Below, piece by piece: positions 21,284 through 31,793 of a stretch of 64,000 bases of DNA. The DNA is from a bacterium (GTDB taxonomy: Bacteria > UBA8248). Positions within the stretch are counted from its first letter, which is position 1, and each line of letters begins with the position of its first letter. Under the pieces are notes generated by a model that was not told where the DNA came from, searched no databases, and saw only the letters and a program-made list of their open reading frames with translations. The stretch spans positions 448,001 through 512,000 of the forward strand of contig CBDBZU010000004.1 in assembly GCA_965213625.1 (NCBI GenBank). Reading direction: 5' to 3'. The position numbers and the translations under genes are program-made.

Positions 21284-22264
21284 ATGAAAAAACGCTTATT
21301 CGCCATCGCGGCCGCGCTGGTACTGTTCGTCGCGCTGGGTCTGCCCTCCGCGAGCACGGCGGCCTATCCCGACAGGCCCATCACGCTCGTTCTGCCCGTG
21401 GGCGCGGGCGGCAGCCACGACCTCCACGCGCGCGGCATCACCAGCATCATCGCCGACATCCTCGGCCAGCCCATGGTCGTGAAGCTCGTGCCGGGCGGCG
21501 CGGGCATGAAGGGTACCGGCTTCGTAGCCAAGGCCAAGCCGGACGGCTACACCCTGCTCTTCACCCACAACGGGTTCGACCAGCTCGTGCCGCAGACGCG
21601 CAAGGTGCCCTTCAACACGCTGCGCGACTTCTCGGCCGTCGCCAAGATCAACCACGGGCAGCCGGTGTTCTTCTCGCTCGCGAACCGGCCGTGGAAGAAC
21701 ATGAAGGAATTCGTCGCCTACGCCAAGAAAAACCCCGGCAAGGTCAACTGGGGCCACAGCGGCGTATGGGGCGCGGGCCACGTGCCCTCCATGCAGTTCG
21801 TCCGCGCTGCGGGCATCAAGGTGAACTTCATTCCGCATAAAGGCGGCGGCCCCGCACTGCGCGCCGTCCTCTCGGGCCAGGACGACGTGGGCATCGCCTT
21901 CCCGACCCAGCTTCGCCCCCACAAGAAGTCCGGAAAGGTCACCGTGCTCGCGCTCACCGGAAACACGCGCCTCTCGAAGGACAAGGACTTCAAGGAAGTC
22001 CCGACCACGGAAGAACTCGGCTACAAGGGCGTGGGCTTCACGATGGACCGCATCTTCATGGCGCCTGCCAAGACGCCCGCCGACAGGCTGAAGAAGCTCC
22101 GCGGCGCATTCGAGATGCTCACGAAGAACAAATCCTTCAAGCGCTTCATGCGCAGCATCGGCGAAAACGTGGTTTTCGTGAGCGGCGCGGACTATGAGAA
22201 GTCCAGAAAGCCGAACTACGACGGCTACACGAAACTCATCAAAGCCATGACGATGAAGAAATAG
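21284..22264 (+). CDS. tctC: Tripartite tricarboxylate transporter substrate-binding protein (Bug/TctC)
   Basis: Signal peptide, YPDRPITL..P..AGG..D, KPDGYTL, PHKGGG. Confidence 0.9.
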   Translation: MKKRLFAIAAALVLFVALGLPSASTAAYPDRPITLVLPVGAGGSHDLHARGITSIIADILGQPMVVKLVPGGAGMKGTGFVAKAKPDGYTLLFTHNGFDQLVPQTRKVPFNTLRDFSAVAKINHGQPVFFSLANRPWKNMKEFVAYAKKNPGKVNWGHSGVWGAGHVPSMQFVRAAGIKVNFIPHKGGGPALRAVLSGQDDVGIAFPTQLRPHKKSGKVTVLALTGNTRLSKDKDFKEVPTTEELGYKGVGFTMDRIFMAPAKTPADRLKKLRGAFEMLTKNKSFKRFMRSIGENVVFVSGADYEKSRKPNYDGYTKLIKAMTMKK

Positions 22265-22287
22265 GTCTCCGAGACCCAGCATCATTC

Positions 22288-22337
22288 AGGGGATGAGCGG
22301 CTCAAGTTATCGCACGCCGCTCATCCCCTTTGTTTTT
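22288..22337 (+). terminator. Rho-independent terminator
   Basis: AGGGGATGAGCGGC / GCCGCTCATCCCCT stem then T-rich tail. Confidence 0.8.
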
Positions 22338-22511
22338 CAAAAACACAGCGATATCTCTCCCGCAACGAGCGATCTTAAGATTTAGGCCAGCCTCTCGTTC
22401 CCGACTCCCGTCGCCGCTTGGCGAAACGAAGACTCCAAGCTATATTTCCCCCCGAACGAGGAAAGACCGGATTTCCACTCACTAAAAACCACGCGCAGGG
22501 AGGCTCCTGTT

Positions 22512-22931
22512 TTGGCCGACATCATCACAGGCATGATCAAACGCTACGCGACAGACGACCGCTTCACCCCCGAACCCGACCCTTCGGGCCGCTCCATCCG
22601 CCTCGTCGTGAACGAGGTCTGCTGGTTCGATATGGTGAAAAACGAGACCGACGGCAAGCTCCGCATCAGCTTCGCCACCGCTGACCGCTACATGAACGAG
22701 GACATCGAACTCGCCATCCTCGACAGCAAGGACCCGATTGACGATTTCGTGTACGACGGAATGGAGGAAGCGGGCGAGGAGGAAGAGCACAAGGTGGAGC
22801 ACTACCACGACGGCGTGTTCCGCTACGCCATCGACCTGCCACTCGACAAGCCGGGCGTGGACGAGCAGGCGGCGCGGGTGCTCGACGGGCTGTTCTACAC
22901 GTTCGAGGAGTTCGCCGAGGGCGACGACTAG
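22512..22931 (+). CDS. Acidic hypothetical protein
   Basis: GGAGG RBS, TTG start, host-like GC3 bias. Confidence 0.65.
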   Translation: MADIITGMIKRYATDDRFTPEPDPSGRSIRLVVNEVCWFDMVKNETDGKLRISFATADRYMNEDIELAILDSKDPIDDFVYDGMEEAGEEEEHKVEHYHDGVFRYAIDLPLDKPGVDEQAARVLDGLFYTFEEFAEGDD

Positions 22932-23089
22932 CCTTTCATACTTCTCATACTTCGCGGCGAGAGCCCGAGAAGCTTGATTCCCGGTCGCCACGCTGTCTGG
23001 TGCGCATCCGGCCCGGATTGATTAAAGAATTATATACATGCCTTTACTGCGGTGTTCCATGCGCCGAGTGCGATAGGAAATGATGGAAT

Positions 23090-23242
23090 CACTCCCCCCT
23101 TGAGGGGGAGTCGATGAAGCCAAGCGGATTATGCGAAGGCTGAATCGGTGGGGGGACATGCCACAGAGCAAACCTCCCCCCACCACATCGGCCTTCGTCC
23201 AAAGCACTCGGCCTCTGTGACTCCCCCTCAAGGGGGAGTGAA
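23090..23242. repeat. MITE/REP-like element with palindromic inverted ends
   Basis: CACTCCCCCCTTGAGGGGGAGTC at left and GACTCCCCCTCAAGGGGGAGTG at right; partial copies near 23275, 23490 and 31190. Confidence 0.65.
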
Positions 23243-23403
23243 TTACTCTCTCGTCGGACGGCAAGAACTCTCAAAGGGGGAGTGGAATTTAGCGCACTCC
23301 TTCTGTGCAGTTTTTCAACAGCACCGAGAAGGGGAGAGTGGATTTCCCCTACTCCTTGGCTGACAAAACCCTTATATGATCGAACCCGATGGAAAAAGAG
23401 GCC

Positions 23404-23431
23404 GTAGGGACAGGTCGCGACCTGTCCCTAC
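23404..23431. repeat. GTAG-type REP palindrome
   Basis: GTAGGGACAGGTCGCGACCTGTCCCTAC perfect palindrome. Confidence 0.8.
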
Positions 23432-23563
23432 AAAATCTACAAGACTCCATTGTTGTATTTTCTCATCGGGCTTTCCCCTCGGGATACCCGACCCCTCAAA
23501 GGGAAGTGAAAAAACAAAAACTGAAACAAGAAGTCTTCAACTGAAGTATAAAATTTCCATTGA

Positions 23564-23983
23564 TTAAGGAGTATCGCCCAGAACCTGGACTTCCACCCGC
23601 CTGTTCCTCGGGCGGTTGTCGAAATCGACCAGGACAACCTGCTGCCATTTCCCGGTGACAAGCGCGCCTCCCCGGATGGGCAAAGCAAGGCTCGGCCCCA
23701 GCAGGGCGGCGCGGACGTGGGAGAAGCCGTTCCCGTCTCCTGAGAGAACGTGCGCGTAATCCAAGTCCTCGGGCGCCAGGCGGGCGATCGCCTCTTTCAG
23801 GTCAGAAACCGTTCCCGGCTCATACTCCATCGTCGTGAGACCCGCCGTCGAGCCGGGCGTGAATGCCAGGGCGATTCCGCTTTGCACCTTGCTTGCCAAA
23901 ACGATGAGCTCGATCTTGATCGTGATATCCAGAACGTCCGTCCACCCTTTCGTCTCGATTACGAAGCCATCTTCATACGCCAC
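23564..23983 (-). CDS. yjbQ: YjbQ/UPF0047 family protein
   Basis: STAGLT..E.EP, NG.SH.RA.L.GPS, GKWQ....DFD; GTG start after GAGGAGG. Confidence 0.85.
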   Translation of the reverse strand: MAYEDGFVIETKGWTDVLDITIKIELIVLASKVQSGIALAFTPGSTAGLTTMEYEPGTVSDLKEAIARLAPEDLDYAHVLSGDGNGFSHVRAALLGPSLALPIRGGALVTGKWQQVVLVDFDNRPRNRRVEVQVLGDTP

Positions 23984-24057
23984 CGGAAAACCTCCTCGAT
24001 TTAAGATTGCGCCGAGAAGCCCCACGGGATAATCCCGAATTATGAAAAAATGAGGCG

Positions 24058-24090
24058 AAAAAAAGCGGCCCCCGTTAGAGAGCCGCTTTT
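24058..24090 (-). terminator. Rho-independent terminator (possibly bidirectional) after citrate synthase
   Basis: A7-GCGGC...GCCGC-T4. Confidence 0.7.
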
Positions 24091-24107
24091 CGGTTTGCTT
24101 ATTGAAT

Positions 24108-25277
24108 CTAGCCGCGCTCGCCAATCGGCGTGTATTGCGACTCCAGGTCGCCGATGTAAACCGCGCGGGGCCTGAAGAGCCGGTTGTCGGGCAGATATTC
24201 GAGAATGCGCGCCGACCACCCGGCGATGCGCGGCACGGCGAAGATGGGCGTGAACATGTCCGTGTCGATGCCCATTGCGTCGTAGATGATACCCGAGAAG
24301 AAATCGACGTTGGGGAAGATGCCCTTGCCGCCCAAGTCCGCCACCACGAGGGCTTCGAGCTTTTTCGCGATCTCGTAGAGATGGCTCGTGCCGGCGCGTT
24401 CGGAAAACTCCTTGGCGATGGGGTCGAACAGGCGCGCCCTCGGGTCGTAAGCCTTGTAGACGCGGTGGCCGAAGCCCATCACCTTCACCTTCTTCTCTTT
24501 CGCCGCTGCGAACCAGTCTTCCGTCGTGGCGGGGTCTCCGATCTCCTGGAACGTGCGCAGCGTGGCCTCGTTCGCGCCGCCGTGCAATGGCCCCTTGAGC
24601 GAGCCGATACCTGCGACAATGGAACTGTAGAAATCAGTCAAAGAACTGTTCGTGACCATGGAGGAGAAGGTGGAGGCGTTCATGCCGTGTTCGGCGTGGA
24701 TGATGAGGGCCATATCCATCACCTCCACGGTGCGCGCGTCCGGCGTCTCGCCCGTCATCATGCTCAGGAAATCCTCCGACAAACCCTTCGAGGGGTCGGG
24801 CTCGATGAGGAACTCGCCCCTTCTCGCCCGCTGGATGGCCGCCACGAGGGTGGGGAACTGCGCCGTGAGCGTGAGGGCGATATCGTAATCGTTCTCCACC
24901 GTCACCTCGAATTCCTTCGGGTTCAGGCAGCCGAGCATGGAGACGGCGGTGCGCAGCGAGCTCATGGGGTGGCACGTGCCGGCGATTTGCACGATCAGGT
25001 CTTTCACCGGCTGGGGGATGGGCCGGCGCAAGGCAAGATCGGCATTGAAGACGTCGAGCTCCGCCCGGGTGGGCAATTTTCCGTTCAGCAGCAGGTAGGC
25101 CGTTTCCTCGTAGCCCCCGCCTCCGGCGCAGAGGTCGTCGATGCTGTATCCGCGATAGATGAGCTTGCCGTTCGCTCCATCCACGTAGCTGATGGCGCTC
25201 TCGTTCGTGATGGCCCCTTCGAGACCCTTTTTGAATTCCACACTTCCAACGAATTGGCGGGGTTTTTCTTCAGCCAT
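24108..25277 (-). CDS. Citrate synthase / 2-methylcitrate synthase family
   Basis: KGLEG, HAEHGMNAST, GPLHGGAN, GFGHRVYK..DPR, PNVDFFSG. Confidence 0.93.
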   Translation of the reverse strand: MAEEKPRQFVGSVEFKKGLEGAITNESAISYVDGANGKLIYRGYSIDDLCAGGGGYEETAYLLLNGKLPTRAELDVFNADLALRRPIPQPVKDLIVQIAGTCHPMSSLRTAVSMLGCLNPKEFEVTVENDYDIALTLTAQFPTLVAAIQRARRGEFLIEPDPSKGLSEDFLSMMTGETPDARTVEVMDMALIIHAEHGMNASTFSSMVTNSSLTDFYSSIVAGIGSLKGPLHGGANEATLRTFQEIGDPATTEDWFAAAKEKKVKVMGFGHRVYKAYDPRARLFDPIAKEFSERAGTSHLYEIAKKLEALVVADLGGKGIFPNVDFFSGIIYDAMGIDTDMFTPIFAVPRIAGWSARILEYLPDNRLFRPRAVYIGDLESQYTPIGERG

Positions 25278-25586
25278 GGGCGTCTCCAAGCGCAAGATGA
25301 TGAATCGGCTCCAAGAATACTTTAATTATCAGCAGGTTCCGTCATGCTGCTCGCGCGCGCGAAACCGCCGCTAATAAAAGTATACTGTATACAATTGAAT
25401 GAGTTACAATAAGACTTATACTATACAAACATTTCATCCCGCCATGCAAACTGGGTTGATAGAATTACATGCCGGGGCTTCGCTTGACACCCCCGCTCGC
25501 GACCTTAGAAAATTTCTTCGAGCAGACTCTGTGTCTGCCCGACAAGAGAACGACAAATCCCCCGTACCAGACAGGAAACCCGGACC

Positions 25587-26321
25587 ATGGCCCGACTGAC
25601 CGATTACAAGGTACTGACGTTCGACTGCTACGGCACCCTCATCGACTGGGAGGCCGGCATATGGGATGCGCTGCAGCCGCTCATCATGGGTGGCGGCAAC
25701 GCGGATGTGACACGCGAGGCCGCGCTCTTAGCCTTTGCGAAATGGGAAGCCCACCACGAGCACGCCTCGCCCGAGCTTCGCTATCCCGACCTCTTGGTCA
25801 AAGTCCACCGGAGCATGGCCGAGAGCCTTAGGCTAGAGACGAGTGATGCGCTCGATGAGGCGTTCGGCGCATCCGTGCCGCTGTGGCCGGCGTTCGCCGA
25901 TACTGCGGACGCGCTGCGCGCCTTGAAGCGGCGCTACAAGCTCGTCATCCTTTCGAACGTCCACCGCGAGGGCTTCGCCGCCTCGAACCGCAAGCTGGGC
26001 GTCGCGTTCGACGCGGTCTACACCGCCGAGGACATCGGCACATACAAGCCCGCCGACGCCAACTTCGAGTATCTCCTATCGCACCTGAAATCGGACTTCG
26101 GGCTGGAGCGCACAGACGTCCTCCACACCGCGCAGAGCCTGCGCCACGACCATGCGCCCGCAAACCGGTTCGGCCTCGCCAACGCCTGGATCGACCGGCA
26201 GAGGCTCTCAGAGGGAGGAAGCTGGGGCGCGACGGAGAAAGTCGAGAATATGCCGACGACCGACTTCATCTTCTTCTCGATGGGCGAGATGGCCGCTGCG
26301 GTGGAAGCAGAGGGGGGTTAG
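25587..26321 (+). CDS. HAD-superfamily hydrolase, haloacid dehalogenase type II-like
   Basis: TFDCYGTLIDWE, ILSN, YKP, HTAQSL.HD. Confidence 0.88.
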   Translation: MARLTDYKVLTFDCYGTLIDWEAGIWDALQPLIMGGGNADVTREAALLAFAKWEAHHEHASPELRYPDLLVKVHRSMAESLRLETSDALDEAFGASVPLWPAFADTADALRALKRRYKLVILSNVHREGFAASNRKLGVAFDAVYTAEDIGTYKPADANFEYLLSHLKSDFGLERTDVLHTAQSLRHDHAPANRFGLANAWIDRQRLSEGGSWGATEKVENMPTTDFIFFSMGEMAAAVEAEGG

Positions 26322-26342
26322 GGGGGTAGAAATTCAACTCAT

Positions 26343-26906
26343 TTACTCCCCTTCAAGTTGTTCCGTGATTGCGTTACGAAGTGGCGTCTGAATCGAATTT
26401 GGTGCTTTTTTTATATAGTCAAGCGCATTCGAACTAACATAGTTATCTAGGCTTTTTAGATATTGCAAAGCACTATGAACTGAAAAGGCATCACCTGTTT
26501 CTTTTTTGAAGTTACAAGGAAGGTCCGTCCAAACAACTCCGTATAGCCCACGTTCAATTGCCCAAGAGCGGATTGCCGAGAGCGATCTGCAATCGAAACT
26601 GTGTTCGTCTCCTCCAATAGAAAATCTACCTATATATCTACATTTGGTTTTTTCTCGTTTTTTTAGATCTTGTATGACGTCACTAATATCTGTTCGACCG
26701 CTCAGGGTCCAGCAGACTGAATTGGTAAATCCATTGTCTGGATCTATGACCAGCGTTAGGGCACCACTTCGGGACGAAGAAATTCTGGAAAATTCTAGCT
26801 TGAGTTTAGGGCCATTACATTGCCAAGGCTCGTGCAAGTCGTCGAATTGCTTATCGTTATCCCAAAGGAGGGAACCCCAACCAAGCAAAGCTATGCGTTT
26901 TTCCAT
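26343..26906 (-). CDS. Low-GC hypothetical protein
   Basis: Intact 187-aa ORF in an AT-rich patch; IALLGWGSL N-terminus. Confidence 0.7.
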   Translation of the reverse strand: MEKRIALLGWGSLLWDNDKQFDDLHEPWQCNGPKLKLEFSRISSSRSGALTLVIDPDNGFTNSVCWTLSGRTDISDVIQDLKKREKTKCRYIGRFSIGGDEHSFDCRSLSAIRSWAIERGLYGVVWTDLPCNFKKETGDAFSVHSALQYLKSLDNYVSSNALDYIKKAPNSIQTPLRNAITEQLEGE

Positions 26907-26950
26907 GCGATCATTTCCCAGTATTTTGTTGTCCTCTTAGGTGCCAACTC

Positions 26951-27313
26951 TCAACCCCGCCGCGCGAGCCACCACGCCCCCGCCCAGACGGGCAGGCTTA
27001 AAATCACCGCGAAGACGGCGATGGCTATCGGGCCGAGCAATCCCGCCACCAGCGACGCCGCCACCGTGACGACGCCGAGTATGACCCCCGCCATCCAGGC
27101 GTCGCGGCGGTAGCCCAGCCGCCACAGCCGCCGGCACCCCAGCGCCAGCGGCAGGCCGCAAGGCGCGACCGGGAGGAGCGACCCCATCGCCATCGGCAAC
27201 GACATCCAGAAACCGGGCTCTGCGCCGAAGCGCACGAGCGCAGTCGCGATCACCCCGGCAGGCAGCCACAAGAGCGCCAGCGCCCAGAAGCCGAACCGAT
27301 CCACCCGACTCAT
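26951..27313 (-). CDS. Small membrane protein
   Basis: Hydrophobic 120 aa; start overlaps the speB stop; paralogous remnant at ~48170-48440. Confidence 0.65.
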   Translation of the reverse strand: MSRVDRFGFWALALLWLPAGVIATALVRFGAEPGFWMSLPMAMGSLLPVAPCGLPLALGCRRLWRLGYRRDAWMAGVILGVVTVAASLVAGLLGPIAIAVFAVILSLPVWAGAWWLARRG

Positions 27314-28167
27314 GCCCCCATCACCAGAGCGAGTTCGCGCACCAGCTTGGCGGCGGCGACCGCGCTCGCGCCTGTCGGGTCCCACTCAGGGGCGAGTTCC
27401 ACCACGTCGGCGCCGATGACGCGTGCGGACGAGTCGTCGAGAACTCGAATGCAGTCCATGAGCGTATCGAAGCCGGGGCCGCCGGGTTCGGGGCTGCCGG
27501 TTCCGGGCATCTCGCCGGGATTCAAGACGTCGACGTCCATGGTGAGGTATACGGCGCTATCGCCGATTTCTTTCAGGGCGGATTCGACGGCCTCAGGGCT
27601 CATGGGCCGTATGGTGTCGTTCGCGCGCATCCACGCAAACTCCTCGCGCGTGCCGGAACGTATGCCGAACTGGCGAAGTGGACCTATGCCCTCAAGCTCC
27701 AGGATGCGCCGCACCACGCAGGCGTGCGAGAGACGCTCTCCCAGATAGTCATCGCGCAAGTCCGCGTGCGCGTCCCACTGGAAAACGGCCAGACCCGGGA
27801 AAACACCCAACGCCGCTTCCACTATGGGCAGGCTCACCAGATGCTCACCGCCCAGGAACACGGGGCGCTTGCCGGCGCGAAATATCCGTGAGGCTTCGGC
27901 CTTGATGGAATCGAGGACGGCCTGGGTATCGCCTGAAGCGATATCGACGTTGCCTAAGTCGCACAGGGCGGCGTCGCTCAAATCCTTATCGAGATGCGGG
28001 CTGTAGGTTTCGAGACAATCGGATGCCTCTCGTATGGCATCGGGTCCTAAGCGCGCGCCCCGGCGAAAGCTCGCCGTCTCATCGAAGGGGCATCCCAGCA
28101 GAACGACGCGCGAAGATTCAAAAGAGCCCTTGGCGCAGAGAAAACGCGGGCGGACCTCCCCGCCCAT
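27310..28167 (-). CDS. speB: Agmatinase (ureohydrolase)
   Basis: GGEH, DAHADLR, D.DVL.P...PGTG.PEPGG, DVVEL.P. Confidence 0.9.
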   Translation of the reverse strand: MGGEVRPRFLCAKGSFESSRVVLLGCPFDETASFRRGARLGPDAIREASDCLETYSPHLDKDLSDAALCDLGNVDIASGDTQAVLDSIKAEASRIFRAGKRPVFLGGEHLVSLPIVEAALGVFPGLAVFQWDAHADLRDDYLGERLSHACVVRRILELEGIGPLRQFGIRSGTREEFAWMRANDTIRPMSPEAVESALKEIGDSAVYLTMDVDVLNPGEMPGTGSPEPGGPGFDTLMDCIRVLDDSSARVIGADVVELAPEWDPTGASAVAAAKLVRELALVMGA

Positions 28168-29024
28168 CAGCCGAGAATCTCCGCCACGTAGGGGGGATGC
28201 GTGAACGCGGCTTCGTGAATCGCGGGGGAGTAGTAGTGGGTCTTCACGTCCGGCGGCAGCGCTCTCGGCTTCGCGCGGACGTCCGTTCTCTTCGATTTGG
28301 TAGCGAGGGCGAACGACCATATCCCCCCCGGATAGGTCGGCACGTTCGCGAGATAAGTCGCGGTGCCGGGGAACACACGCCGGATGCGCTTCGTGATTCT
28401 GCGCATCCTGTGACCCTCGAACACGGGGCCTTGCGTCTGCGCGGCATAAAGCCCGCCGGGCGCCAATGCGCGCTTGGCCGCACGGAAAAAGGAGACCTGC
28501 GTGAGCGGACTCGCCATGGCGACGGGGTCGGTGGAATCGACCAGGATGACGTCGAACGCCCCTTCCCTCCCCTCGATGAACTTCACCCCGTCTTCTATCC
28601 GCACTTTCACGCGCGGGTCGTCCAGCCCTCCGGCAATGGAGGGAAGATACTCGCGGCAGCAATCCACCACCATCTCATCGATCTCCACCAGCGTGACGCG
28701 CTCGACCGTCTCGTGCCTGAGCGCCTCGCGCACGCAGCCGCCGTCCCCGCCGCCGACGATGAGGACGTTCCTGGGTTCCGGGTGCGCGCACAGGGGCACG
28801 TGTACGAGCATCTCGTGGTAGACGAACTCATCGCGCTCGGTGGTCTGGATGATGCCGTCCAAAAGGAGGACGCGCCCGAAATCCTCGGTCTCCACGAGGG
28901 TGATTTCCTGAAACGCGCTCTTTGCGGAATAGAGGGTGCGCAGCACCTTCATGGTGAGTCCGGTGCCGGGGCCGTGGTACTCGGTGAACCAGGTGGCCGG
29001 CTTTTCGGGCGAGTTTTCCGGCAT
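28167..29024 (-). CDS. speE: Spermidine synthase / polyamine aminopropyltransferase
   Basis: YHEML.H, VLIVGGGDGG, VEID, DVILVDSTDP. Confidence 0.93.
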   Translation of the reverse strand: MPENSPEKPATWFTEYHGPGTGLTMKVLRTLYSAKSAFQEITLVETEDFGRVLLLDGIIQTTERDEFVYHEMLVHVPLCAHPEPRNVLIVGGGDGGCVREALRHETVERVTLVEIDEMVVDCCREYLPSIAGGLDDPRVKVRIEDGVKFIEGREGAFDVILVDSTDPVAMASPLTQVSFFRAAKRALAPGGLYAAQTQGPVFEGHRMRRITKRIRRVFPGTATYLANVPTYPGGIWSFALATKSKRTDVRAKPRALPPDVKTHYYSPAIHEAAFTHPPYVAEILG

Positions 29025-29038
29025 GAAGGGGGCGCGCG

Positions 29039-29506
29039 TCAGTTCCAAAGGATGACTCCCGCGAAGGCGGCGCCAGTATTCACGACGATGTGCTCGGCGG
29101 CGACGCTCCTGATCTCGCGGATCCTCTTTCCGCGAACCTTCATGCCGGCCTCCGCCATCCGCCGGGCTTCCTCCTCCACCTGCTCGCCGGGGGCGTGGTC
29201 GTGAAACTCCATGATGAGGCCGGGGTGCGCCTCGTCTTCGGGCAGGGCGATCGCCACCGCCGCGGTGATCACCTCGCCCGGGTTCGAGGATGTCACCGAA
29301 GCATAGGCCGCCGGCACCAGCGCACCCGGCGGCAGCTCGATAGACGTTACCTCCTCACAATGCGGCGGCAGGATGCTGCTCATGCGCACGAGGTTCGTGT
29401 CTCCAACGCCCGCGCTCAGGAGGGCGGCGTCGAAAGCGTTCAGCTCCGTCACGCCCTCCGCGCACCCGCATGCCATGAAATACTTCGTCGGTGTTGCGAC
29501 GATCAT
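29039..29506 (-). CDS. Pyruvoyl-dependent arginine decarboxylase
   Basis: [10 protein letters not shown]....[10 protein letters not shown] with SS autocleavage site. Confidence 0.88.
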   Translation of the reverse strand: MIVATPTKYFMACGCAEGVTELNAFDAALLSAGVGDTNLVRMSSILPPHCEEVTSIELPPGALVPAAYASVTSSNPGEVITAAVAIALPEDEAHPGLIMEFHDHAPGEQVEEEARRMAEAGMKVRGKRIREIRSVAAEHIVVNTGAAFAGVILWN

Positions 29507-29940
29507 CGCTCGCGCCCCTCACCATTTTGAAAAGAAAGGGAGGCCTCCCCTTCCCCGTTCGTTGCGAACGGCGCACTCATGGAAGCCTCGCGCCCTTCGA
29601 TGACGCCGCGCGGCACCTCTTTCGTCTCCACGCGCTTAGGGAGAAGATGCTCCGCCAGATAGCGCACGGCAACATCGCAATCCACCTCGCCGCAGGAGAA
29701 ATAATCCACCGCCGCATAGTTATGCTCGGGCCAGGTATGCACCGCCAGATGGCTTTCCTCCACCACGACCACCCCGCTCACCCCGTGCGGACTGAAGGTG
29801 TGGAACACGCTCTGCACGACGGTGGCCCCGCTCAAGCGCGCGGCCTCGTTCATGAGCCGCTCGATCCGCCCCGGATCGTTCAGGGCATCGGTTCCGCAGT
29901 CGTAAAATTCCGCCAGCAGGTGGCGGCCCAGGGAATTCAA
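29503..29940 (-). CDS. speD: S-adenosylmethionine decarboxylase proenzyme
   Basis: [32 protein letters not shown]; TTG start after GGAGG. Confidence 0.92.
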   Translation of the reverse strand: MNSLGRHLLAEFYDCGTDALNDPGRIERLMNEAARLSGATVVQSVFHTFSPHGVSGVVVVEESHLAVHTWPEHNYAAVDYFSCGEVDCDVAVRYLAEHLLPKRVETKEVPRGVIEGREASMSAPFATNGEGEASLSFQNGEGRER

Positions 29941-29992
29941 ATCCCAAATCCTCCGTAAGCAAATCGACGAGCCATCCGGAAATCTCCTGAAA

Positions 29993-30586
29993 TCAAAAAC
30001 TCGGAGGCGTGGACACCCACAGGAGCTTCGCGCGCTTCTTGTAGGGGTTCGCCACCCGGTGGTTCCTGTCCGAGGCGAAATAGAACCACTCGCCCTTTTT
30101 CGCCTTGGCGCGCTTCTCCCCGCATGTGACCTGCACCTTGCCCTCGAGAACGAAACCGAACTCCTCGCCCGCGTGCGCGTCCTCATAAATCGACTCACCT
30201 GATTCCATCGTCACCAGCGCAGGCTCCATGTTTCGGTTCGCCGTTCCGGGCACCATGAGATCGAAGGCGCTCACTTCCGCGTAAGTCGCCGCGTGGCGCG
30301 AATCCATCGGCCCGAAGGCGATTCGCCCTTCTTCATGGCCCTGAAAGAAGCGGACGATATCTGTATCCAGCGCTTCCAGGATCTCCAGCAGGCTCTCCAG
30401 CGAGGGCGAGGTGAGGTCGCGCTCGAGCTGTGAGATGAACCCCTTGGTCAGGTTCGAGCGGTGGGCGAGTTCTTCCTGCGTCAAGCCATGCGACCTGCGC
30501 AGGCCCCGTATGCGCGCGCCCACGCGCAGCATGCTCTCGACGGAGCGGCTCATGCCCGTCCTGCTCGGCTTTCCCTCGTGTTCCAT
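29993..30586 (-). CDS. XRE-HTH plus cupin regulator (PuuR-like)
   Basis: LTQEELA...LTKGFISQLERDLTSPS and HAGEEFGFVLEG; heads the polyamine operon. Confidence 0.85.
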   Translation of the reverse strand: MEHEGKPSRTGMSRSVESMLRVGARIRGLRRSHGLTQEELAHRSNLTKGFISQLERDLTSPSLESLLEILEALDTDIVRFFQGHEEGRIAFGPMDSRHAATYAEVSAFDLMVPGTANRNMEPALVTMESGESIYEDAHAGEEFGFVLEGKVQVTCGEKRAKAKKGEWFYFASDRNHRVANPYKKRAKLLWVSTPPSF

Positions 30587-30840
30587 CGCATCTCCCATCT
30601 GTCCGGTTCGCTTTGCTGCGGAGCGGGAAAACGACTCCGTCCGCGGGCTCCGGCCGCACGACTCCATGCGTTGTGAAGGGGCCGGGCGGTCGAACCGGTT
30701 GTTTAGCAAAAGATGCTTTCCAAAATATGTTTCCTAAACAACAGGGAGGAAATGTATATATTTTATGGGGGCCTGTGTCAATATTTCTCGCCGCGCGGAA
30801 CGCCGCTTTCGGTGACTACTCAGAGTGAGAAAACAAAAAA

Positions 30841-31200
30841 CGCCCTCATCCCGAGTAGGCCCGCAAGGGCCGTATCGAGGGACGCCGCCGTAGGGACAGG
30901 TCACGACCTGTCCCTACAGTCCTTGCGGTTTTGTTTGTCATTCCGGCGAAAGCCGGAATCCATTTACGGGTTGGGGTGAAAGAACGACGGCATTTCATTC
31001 CCCACAGATGCGCGAGGACCCTGACAAAGGGCAAAAGGCGAAGAAATGGATTCTGGCTTTCGCCGGAATGACGGCAGTAGTGAATTCCGAGCGTGTAGGG
31101 GACGCATATATGCGTCCCATGGCGGGCGGCGAAAAAGCCGGGTCGCATGGTATGCGACCCCTACACCTGTATTGACATACCGAACAAGGGGGGAGTGAAT
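30841..31200. repeat. Cluster of REP-like palindromes of several families
   Basis: GTAGGGACAGGTCACGACCTGTCCCTAC (30890); inverted pair GTCATTCCGGCGAAAGCCGGAATCCA (30937) / TGGATTCTGGCTTTCGCCGGAATGAC (31047); inverted GTAGGGG pair at ~31095-31164. Confidence 0.78.
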
Positions 31201-31370
31201 CTTCTCTCTCGTCTGTCGATTACATCCACCGAATCTAATAATCAGGACATTCTCAACAACCCCTTTTCGGATGACGAAAGACCGGCGTTTTGTTATTTTA
31301 TGGACGAACCGGCGTCTCATGCGAGGCGCGAACACGTTCACCCGTCAATGCCGTCTTCATGGAGAGAAAA

Positions 31371-31628
31371 ATGGCAGCAAGCATCGAAGTCTACACCACC
31401 GACCCCTGCACCTTCTGTCTGGCCGCGAAGAATTTATTGAAAAAGCGCGGCCTCGAATGGACCGAGCACCTCGTGTTCGGCGGCACGCCCGAATGGGACG
31501 CCATGATCGCGCGCACGGGCGGCAAGTCGGTGCCACAGATCGTCATCGACGATGAGGTCATCGGCGGCTTCCCGCAACTCCAGGCCTACGACAAGGAAGG
31601 CAAGCTGAGCGAACTCGCCGAAGCGTAA
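31371..31628 (+). CDS. grxC: Glutaredoxin 3-like
   Basis: CTFC, SVPQI, IGG. Confidence 0.88.
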   Translation: MAASIEVYTTDPCTFCLAAKNLLKKRGLEWTEHLVFGGTPEWDAMIARTGGKSVPQIVIDDEVIGGFPQLQAYDKEGKLSELAEA

Positions 31629-31636
31629 TATCGCCG

Positions 31637-31675
31637 GGGCCGTCCACGCGAGAATGCGAGGGCGGCCCTTTTTTT
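31637..31675 (+). terminator. Rho-independent terminator
   Basis: GGGCCGTCC...GGGCGGCCC then T7. Confidence 0.75.
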
Positions 31676-31793
31676 CGCCTGATTCCGGCCCGGCGGCGTT
31701 TCACCGAATCGCGAAAGAAGATACCCTGCCCACTCACCGACATTACACGCAGCCGCCCTGTGAGGCGCGGCTTTGATCCGGGAGGAAACCACC

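Noticed and set aside
30841-31200. Possible CRISPR array
   Set aside because: Palindromes are of different families, inverted and irregularly spaced; no cas genes in the window
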